Origin: Yuukianura sp. NJ FZ-2021
Taxonomy: Eukaryota
Length of the DNA: 64,000 bases
Assembly (NCBI GenBank): GCA_046563655.1
Contig: CM102286.1
Span: 1,426,001-1,490,000 of the forward strand
Reading direction: 5' to 3'
The notes beneath the pieces were generated by a model. The model did no database searches and was not told the origin of the DNA. It saw nothing but the letters and a program-made list of their open reading frames with translations. A program made the translations under genes and the position numbers. Below are positions 56,301-64,000 of this stretch, piece after piece; the first letter of the stretch is position 1; each line of letters opens with the position of its first letter.

Positions 56301-57549
56301 AGAGTAATGCTCTAACCGTACTTTCTCTAATATTTTAAACTTTACAAATTTTTCTTTTTCAAACTAACGAGGGAACATTCCCAACCGGTCGTCAACTTTT
56401 TGAATTTAAAAAATACAGTCATATTCTGTATGTCAAAAGAAAATTTTCTGCAGTATTTTTGGTTGCCAACGCCAAAAAAAGTACCACGAGCTGGACTCGA
56501 ACCCGTAAACCCTCTCCAGAAAAAAAAAGAGAAAGTGTTTGGGAATGTACCCTCGTAAGATTCCAATGTTGCTAAAAGTTAAGTATTTTGGATACTAATG
56601 AAAATATGAAAGTCGAAATTTTGAAATTGGCGCTAGTGTGTAGGTTTGAGAAAGTGATAGGTCGGAAGAATGTCATAAATCAGTAGATTAGTGGGGCCCT
56701 AGGCTCAGTTTCTCCTGGATAGAACTATGTGACGGCAGTTAAGACTAATTGACAGGCTGGGAGCTAACCTCCTGCTTCTGAATGATGGTGATTGATAGAT
56801 GAGGGTGTCACTGGATAGAACGAAGTTCCTCTTTTTAGAGTTGTGCACGAGCGTTTTTGGAGTTGTGCGCAACTCAGGTCCTGTCAATTTTGGTTTTGTG
56901 GAAGGCACGAAGAAGCCTTGGAAAAGTTTTTGAAGGCTTGTTTTCGGAAAGGAAGGAAATGAAATGGTAGTCTGTGGATTTTTTTTTTCGAAAACCAAGT
57001 TTGTTCCTGGCTGTTTGTGGACGTGGGATGATGAGGAAATGAAAGTGAAAGTGAAGGAGAAAGCGGATGCTGATGGGTGAAAGTGAGCTCATTCAAGCCG
57101 GATATGGAACTTCTTCCCCCTCTGGCTTCAAACTGACGCCAGTCATCGACTATGTCATGTCATGTTTGTTTGGCTAAAAACTAACTTTTCTTATCTAAAA
57201 CAAAATATTCAAACAGGTTTGAAAAAAAAAACTAAGTTTTCAAAAAAAAAAACGCTAACCGATAACATAACATCCGCCAAATTTTTTAATAATATTTGGA
57301 GAACTTCGAATTTTGGGAAATAACTTGACGCCTTCGGCTTTCAGATTCTAAACTCCATTTATTCATATACTACACTAATATTATAAACTTGAACTATTAT
57401 TTTTATATTATATTAATAGTTTTTCTACGTTTTTATAGATGAGCTACTTGGCGAGTCCGGATGGGTATGAGACACACAGATACTGTTGGATGTCCATAGA
57501 AAAAGGCATGGTTGTGTCCTTCATCGTACCAGTTTTTCTGCTAATTGGG
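44342..57549 (+). CDS. Adhesion-type (family B) GPCR, partial; recognised exons ~44342-44971, ~45323-45768, 49429-49584, 52878-53135, 57439-57549
   Basis: Ser/Pro/Thr-rich ectodomain exons, then phase-0 TM exons: TM1-2 (VQLHIGFALLVSNLLMLL), TM3-4 (VCASVAVVLHYLHL...W; YCAITWASP), ECL2-TM5 (GYETHRYCWMS...SFIVPV). The first exon, GAIN/GPS exons and TM6-7 were not located. Linking the 44-45 kb exons to the TM exons is inferred. Confidence 0.72.
46169..47590 (-). CDS. Secreted glycoside hydrolase family 30 (clan GH-A), nested antisense gene; exons 47590-47403 and 47309-46169
   Basis: Signal peptide MLTMPKLLAGILILSGFQLAKS. FDGFG; SSIWTAPYRMKNN; acid/base SPVNEPD; nucleophile WMTEVC; YYFW; KKYFVYKHFTR; LPAESV. 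A phase-2 GT-AG intron joins LELR|HYRINY. Confidence 0.82.
54203..54466. mobile_element. MITE, hAT-like, same family as 11384-11638
   Basis: TIR CAAGGTTT...AAACCTTG with a perfect 8-bp TSD GGATTAAA. Internal sequence aligns with 11384-11638 (TTGACAACGAAAAGTTAATTTT.TTTAACAGGTTG; ACCAATCCAAAAA). Confidence 0.85.
55515..55720. repeat. Two tandem copies of a long hairpin (foldback/MITE-like)
   Basis: 32-bp arms TTTATTTTTGGCAATGTTGCCAGTTTTATTGG / CCAATAAAACTGGCAACATTGTCAAAAATAAA with a 4-nt loop at 55515-55582. A more degenerate copy is at ~55657-55720. Confidence 0.8.
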
Positions 57550-60467
57550 GTAAGTTGAGACTTTTTTTGTAATTGATAGCGAATTACTTCTGCCAAAGTA
57601 GTTCAAGTAATTACGAAACCCTGTAATTGGCAATTGTCAATTTACGATTGAGTAACCTAAAAAGCTATTTTGAAGACAATGGATTATTGAATTTTTGAAA
57701 ATCGTGTTTAGTATATAGAAAGCCCCGGAAAACTTTTTTTTTCGCGCCCTTTACGAAAACATTGTTACAAAAGTTTAAAAACTTCTCCCGCCTCCACATT
57801 TTTCATATCCCCTCAGCCTATTGTCTTCTTTTCAAGATTCAAAGTTTGGCACACTAGAGAGTTCCGTTGAAAACGATGATGATGTGATTCTATTCTCTAA
57901 AAAGAAGAAGAAAAAGTTTTAGTTTCATGATCTCCTCAAATCCAAAATGGCCTCTAACAATGGACTGCTAACTTTTACTTTTTCTCTTTTCAAAAGCCTC
58001 GCGGGAAAAAAAGTTATAAAAGAAAGTGAAAAAATCTACTTTCTAGTCCGCTTTTTTCAAAACCCAAGTCGTTTTCAATTTCGAAACGATCATTATTGCT
58101 TACCACCAGCCCAAAAATACAGAAATGCGAGTTCCCGCGCCGAGAGCGCGGAGAAGTAATAAAGTCAATGGTCCGCTACTGATGTTTCTAGACACTCTGA
58201 AATACATTTATGATTTGTTTCCTTTTTCAATAACTTTGAAATGTGAGTCCACTATTTTCAGAATCCTTCATGACAATTTCTAGTTGTGCGGTCATATGGT
58301 TTACTTTTGGTGGCGCATAACTCTCTTCTCTCAGAGATGGGAAACCCAGAGGTAGATTTATATTTATAATTCAAGTGCCAAACCAATCGGAATGGCGGAA
58401 AACCCGCCAGTTTTTGGAATCCACCCAAGAAGTTTTCATCCACCGCTCAAACGATGATAGTACTCAAAATCCACCATCTGAAAAGTTCTTTATAGAAATG
58501 GATCAAATGGTTCGAAATAATTCACGAGCAAAAGGGAATGAATTTGGCGGGAATTGGAACTTGCCTGGTGGCGGGAGCTGAAATTCAAATAATCGCTCAA
58601 GCATGGCCATACAGGAAGTGTTCCTTTCCAGCGATTCAGCGACGCTGACGCTACGCTTTCTTATACAGTAGAAGATATTAACGCTCCAGTGGCAACGGTT
58701 TTGAAATTTCAGCGATGGCACGAGAATTTGAAATGTTCTACTTTAAAACATACAGTTAAGGAAAAATGGGATATTTAACAGTTGATATTTCGAGGCTCAT
58801 AAAACGGAAAGAAAAAATTCAAATTCATATTTATTGGCGCCATTTTCGTTCTTTCTGAAAGAAAAAAAGTATATGCAAAGTGAAAATGATTGCCAATAAC
58901 GAGAGGTGTGATGGGAGGTCAAAGGTCATGTTAAGGTTATGTAGCTATTCAAAACATTGCACATTTTCAAACGAAAAAAGCGAAAATTTCTATTGCTTTA
59001 AAAAAGAAAATGACACTTCATGAAATCCGTTGTGAAGTGCCAATGGATTCAACTTTTTTTTTGAATTTCTAGAACAAGAATTGACTCTAGTGAAAGTTGG
59101 GGTGTTCAGTTCCCAAAAATCGTCAAAGTTTCTAGTAGAATAGACTAACTTTAGGTTAGAACGTAGGCTATGGACTACTAGAATTGGGTTTCCTAACGAC
59201 AAGTGCCAAAACCAACGACATCAAACCCTCAATTGATGGGTTCCATTTTCTAGTTCTAAGAGAAAAAAGAGCTGGGAGTGTTAGCCCAACTATGACCGAG
59301 TGAATGTGAAACCCAAAACTTTTGAAACTACCCGCGTTTTATCACGCCTCCCTCCAGAATAAAGTTCACACTAGGGCCAAAACCTATTGGGTTCCACATA
59401 AGTGTGACCTTAATGAGTTGGCAAACGGACCGGACTTGTCCCATTCTGTCATTCCCTCGAGTCACACCATAAACAACCAGAAAACCAGCTCTTTTCGGTT
59501 TTGTTTTCACTTTTCTCCCGCCAAAAACTCTCAATTTCAAATTTCAAAAAGAACAAAATCCACCCAAAAACTAAAATACTTTTTGTGTCGATTTTCTTGG
59601 CCAATTTGATGTAAAAGTGAAAAAAAAAAATGGAAGATTCTATGGCTTTCCTTTGTATCGAGGAAATGTTTTTCTCGATATAAATGTATCCTGAGAGGAT
59701 ATATTAAAGAGAGATAGTTACTCCCGCGAGATTAATTTGAAATTTATCTTGTTCCAATTCGATATATATAAACTGACAGTTAATTAATTACAAGTTGTTC
59801 CATATCTGTCGATTACTCCATCATTCCAGTTCCCTGCAGACACATCTTGCCCAATTATTTACTTTCTCTTTTCTCCATTCATTTGTAATGCAATTGATAC
59901 TCTGCAGGAAGTAGTCGAAACTAAACTAAAATACATAAAAATAATAAAATTGACCAAAAACGTTAACCTGAAACAATATTTTTAGACAGGTCAAACACGG
60001 GTCAAACCAAAAAAAAAAAAAGTTAACATATTGCAGTATTTTTTTTAACTTTATTTTGACCTCAGTATCTGAAAATTTTTTTTGCCGCTTTTTTTTTCGT
60101 TCGCTTCTTTTTTGGTTGAAAAGAAAAAAGGCTTGGCAATAATTCCCTGTCGGGTGATTCATTTGAAAAGGCGCGCCGCACAACTCTGGAACTTGGTCAT
60201 TTATATTTCCCGGACTGAAGATCATCTTGCCTGGCGTGAAGGAAAAGAAAAGAGCGGCAGAAACTGAAATTGATGAGAAGTATTTAGGGTTGTAAAGGAC
60301 TGGGGAGAGAAAGCGCGGGAAAAGACGACTTGGATTCAAAGTGAAAGCGAGAAACGTAATGGCTCTCAAATTTGAGCAGGTTATCTCTTCATCTTCTTTA
60401 ATTTCACCATTCAGGAAGACGTGTAAGCCTCAGTCCTTGGAGGATCTTAAGCTCTCACTTCCTTCAC

Positions 60468-60566
60468 GTTGAGGCTAAGGTTATGGTAGAAGTTCATGTT
60501 AGGCTAACGTTAGGTTAGGAGTTCATGTTAGGCTAAGGTTAGGTTAGTACTAGTTCATGTTAGGTT
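60468..60566. repeat. Short tandem repeat (~30-bp unit AGTTCATGTTAGGCTAA.GTTAGGTTAG) rich in TTAGG
   Basis: About three units visible directly. Similar AGGTTAGG/CCTAACCT patches are scattered through 33-64 kb. Confidence 0.65.
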
Positions 60567-63500
60567 GGCTTTCAGGAGCTTAAGCCTTCACTCAATTTTG
60601 TCAGGGGAATAAGGAATGCTGGTCAGAGAAACCCCGGACATGATGAAAACCACGGAGAACATGTGGGACTATGTTCTCATTTCAACCATCGCTGTTCGCC
60701 TTTTCCCGCTTATAAAAGTTTCAAAAGTGAAAGCACGAGTAACGTTAGCTACACCAGAAGAAAAAAGTTACTCCATTCGTTTCAAAATCATTACATATCA
60801 CTTTCTTCCTTCAATTTTCCCGCCGAAACTAAAATTTCAAATTCATGCTGTATGTTTCCAAATAGCAGAAGTAGAAGATTAATGCCAAGGTTCCTGGACA
60901 AACGGAATTGTATTTCCTACAACAGGTTGTCCAATAACCTAAGGTTTTTCAAAAATCTTGCTTCAACCAACTTTCAGCACCAATCCTATGCAAAAAATTA
61001 CCATAGAAAGGCAGATTTGCTACTTTCAAACAAACTTTAAAACTTCGAGTTATTAGACAACCTGGTGTAGAAAAAGTTTTCCTTCTGTTTACGAACCTTG
61101 AAAAATTGTTTCAAGCCTAATATTCCTGACTTTTAAAGTCTGATTGCCAGAAAAAGTCAGACTTTTCCGAGTTTTCTGAGGATTAGCTTCTCCTTGCTAG
61201 TGAATAACTAATGTCCTGCTGCTGTTCGCTAAAACTCAAAAGTTTTAAGCAGTAAAGGTTAAGTTAACCTTAGAACTTTTTTTATGGAGTTATGTTCTGT
61301 GACATTGGGGGCACGAGGGAAAATGTCTTGCTCTTTCATCTAAGTTTTTGTTGAAATCAAAGGAAGGGAACAGAGGTTAATACTAATCGAAAACGTGCAG
61401 AGCATCACAGCTTAGAAGTACAGTTACATCGGTTAGACTTGGTTTCTGGTGGCCAGGAAGAGCGGAAGGGGAAGCATTTGGAGCAGGACGATCTTTGAAT
61501 TAGAATTGGCGCTTTTTGGCTTGTGACGTCATTACTTACCCGGGGAAACTCCGCTTTTCCAGCTTTTTGACCAAACGAGAGTCTGCTTGTGCGGGGAAAG
61601 CTCTTGTCATAAGACTTTTAGAAGAAAGGGGCCTGACGAATTCCTGGAACTGACGGAAATGGTCCACTTTTCCTTTTTTGCACTGTTTACTCCCGTCCTC
61701 TTCAATTGTTTACACTGGACCAGTTTAATTGAATCCCTTGAGCAAACTCAATGTCCGTCAGAACTCAGCACAAAACTCACTAAAGCCAGCACTTCCACAA
61801 AGAGAAAGTCAAGATCTTGCAGTTCTTGCCACGAACGGAGTTTTCGGAAAAACCAAGATTTAGCGGGAAAATTTTTATCATTGAAAAATTCAAAGCTTTC
61901 GGCTTCATTTACCAAACATATTTTTAAAAATTGCATTAGACTAAACTTAAAGTTAGCTTAAGAGTGCACAAGTCGTTTGCCAGTTTTAGAATAAGTGTGA
62001 ATTTGTACGAACATTTTAATTTTGGCAAGAGTGCCAAACGCGCTAAAATTTTAAAACTTGAACATAGTAGTATATACAAGCTTAGGAGTATGAAAATGAG
62101 CATGAGAATTGTGCGGATTAAGACCATTTTGCCTTGTTGTGAGTTGGTTTACCGTAAATCTACAAATAACACCCTGTTCCCAAATAATTGTTCGCAGTAC
62201 CCTCCCCCAAAAGTTGTTGAAAAAATCAGTACCACGCAGCACTATGAGGAGATTTACGGTATTCGGGTATTCTCAGATTCAGAATAATTAATCCCCGACT
62301 GTCTTCTTCTTCCAACAGTTTCAGACATTATGGAAATTAATTCTAGTGAAAGTGGAGAGTAAATGACGGAAAGCTTAGACTCTCAGCATAAGAGACTTTA
62401 TGAGAAAAGAACTTTGTAAATGAAAACTAAGTACAAATAGTATATACAAGTTCATAATTACAGTGAAACTTTAATTCCAAGCTGCTGAAGTTCATTTTTG
62501 GGAAAAAACATCTAAAATATATGTGGGCAAGGATCAAAATGTTGAAAAAAAAACGGAAAAGCCTAAGAAAAAATATAATGAGCAGTCATTACATCATGGG
62601 GCTTAACAATTAAGACTTTGTAGGGAAAAGCTTACAAAACTTTTTCAACCTTAAAAAAATTATATTTTTGCAATTTTTCAAAAGCTTAACTAACCTAACT
62701 TTGAGTTTTCAAAAACCTAACAAAAGATCGCCCTAAACCTCACAAAGTTGATTTAGAAGCGGAACTAACATGCAGAACTTGTGTACTTTGCCAAAAAATT
62801 TCAAAATTCTCATTTTCAAAAGAAATGCAAATGAGCAAAATTAACAGAATACACTCACCCTGTCTTAAAATATAAAAAAAACGAGCATTTTTTCTTTAAA
62901 ATTTGAATCGACACATTTTGAATCTTTTGTTAAAAATGTTATTCAAGTTTTGAATTTTTTTAGGTTTATGTTAGACTAGTTGTGTTACGTAATTTTTTCT
63001 AGTTTTAGTTTATTAGTCAGTTTCAAGTTTGGACCAAAAAAAAGTTTGGTGTTCTACTTTTGACTGTTACATAAAATGAAATTGCCGCTTGAAATCCGCT
63101 ACGGTTTATTTTTTTTTTCGCAGTAGGAATTATGTTAAGACGCTTTAAGAACGAGAGACGAACTTAATTTTGTAGAAAGCGAAAGGAGGAGAAAGCTTCT
63201 TTTTATGTCCATTTGTGTATCCATTGCCTCTTGTGTTCTGCGTAATTTCAAACTTTTTTAACATCCTTTCGTCTAAAAGTAAGTTTGGATACAACGACTA
63301 CCTCATCAGCGTTACAAAGTCATTCAAGTATAGTGACGCTGCAGCTTCAAAAGAACAAGCGTTGTGCTTCATTCACTATTAAAACTTGTACTTTTTTGAA
63401 TTTAGAATGACACAGTGTAGTTTCCCGCCTTAGCTAATGTTAATTTCCAAATTGCAAAAGTTTTACTTTCACGTTACTCGATACACTCCCGCTCCCCGAC

Positions 63501-64000
63501 GATGGTCCAGTTTCATGGTGTACTTAAACTGAATGACGACTGCTGTTTGAAAAAAATACGCGCCAAAAGAGCGGGAAAAGTCTTAAAAGTAGAAATAACC
63601 AAGCTTATTTTTCGTTTTCATGAGCAGTACAGGGGAGGCGGAGGTGTATTTAATTTAAGAAATGGAAAAATTAAGTAATTGGATGTGAATGAAAAGGCAT
63701 TAGTAGATTAAGGGGATTCGGAAATCTTTTGTTCCTCAATGACAAAGATATAAGAGCAAAGTAGTAAGTTTCAAAGCACAAAAGTTTCTTTAGCAAACCT
63801 AATGTTAACCTAATCCTGACGTTAAATCTTCATTTGAGAGTGGCTCGTAGTAAAAGCTAAACTCAATTAATCAACTTCACCAAATGGCATCTAACCTTGT
63901 TAATCAATGTAAACCTAACCTAATTACAATCACATGCGAACATTTTTGGTTTTACATTAGAGTGAAAAGAGCGGCTAACGTAAATTTTGAACTTGAATTT

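Noticed and set aside
60468..60566. TTAGG-containing repeats as telomere or CRISPR-like array
   Set aside because: Short, degenerate, interstitial and without unique spacers; a simple repeat or transposon relic in a eukaryotic intron.

Overview
Eukaryotic, AT-rich animal DNA, most likely an arthropod, with many short GT-AG introns of about 60-80 nt. The first 31 kb is gene-dense and contains Src42A (partial), Gcn5/PCAF, then a ~16 kb block of duplicated accessory genes, then LCMT2/TYW4, NUDT13 and a SMYD methyltransferase. The accessory block (7.5-23.5 kb) holds three tandem animal-type carotenoid-cleavage oxygenases, two intact copies plus one remnant of an unknown secreted ~205-aa protein arranged head-to-head with the oxygenases, and two microbial-type class I terpene cyclase-like genes with altered metal-binding motifs. 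This is a candidate animal terpenoid biosynthetic/defence gene cluster, and the duplicated promoters share a DR3 nuclear-receptor-type element. The rest of the window (31-64 kb) is mostly intronic sequence of a large adhesion-GPCR-like gene (partial), with an antisense nested secreted GH30 glycoside hydrolase. MITEs, a truncated non-LTR retrotransposon and hairpin repeats are also present. Exon boundaries were inferred by eye and all family calls rest on motif recognition, not database searches.
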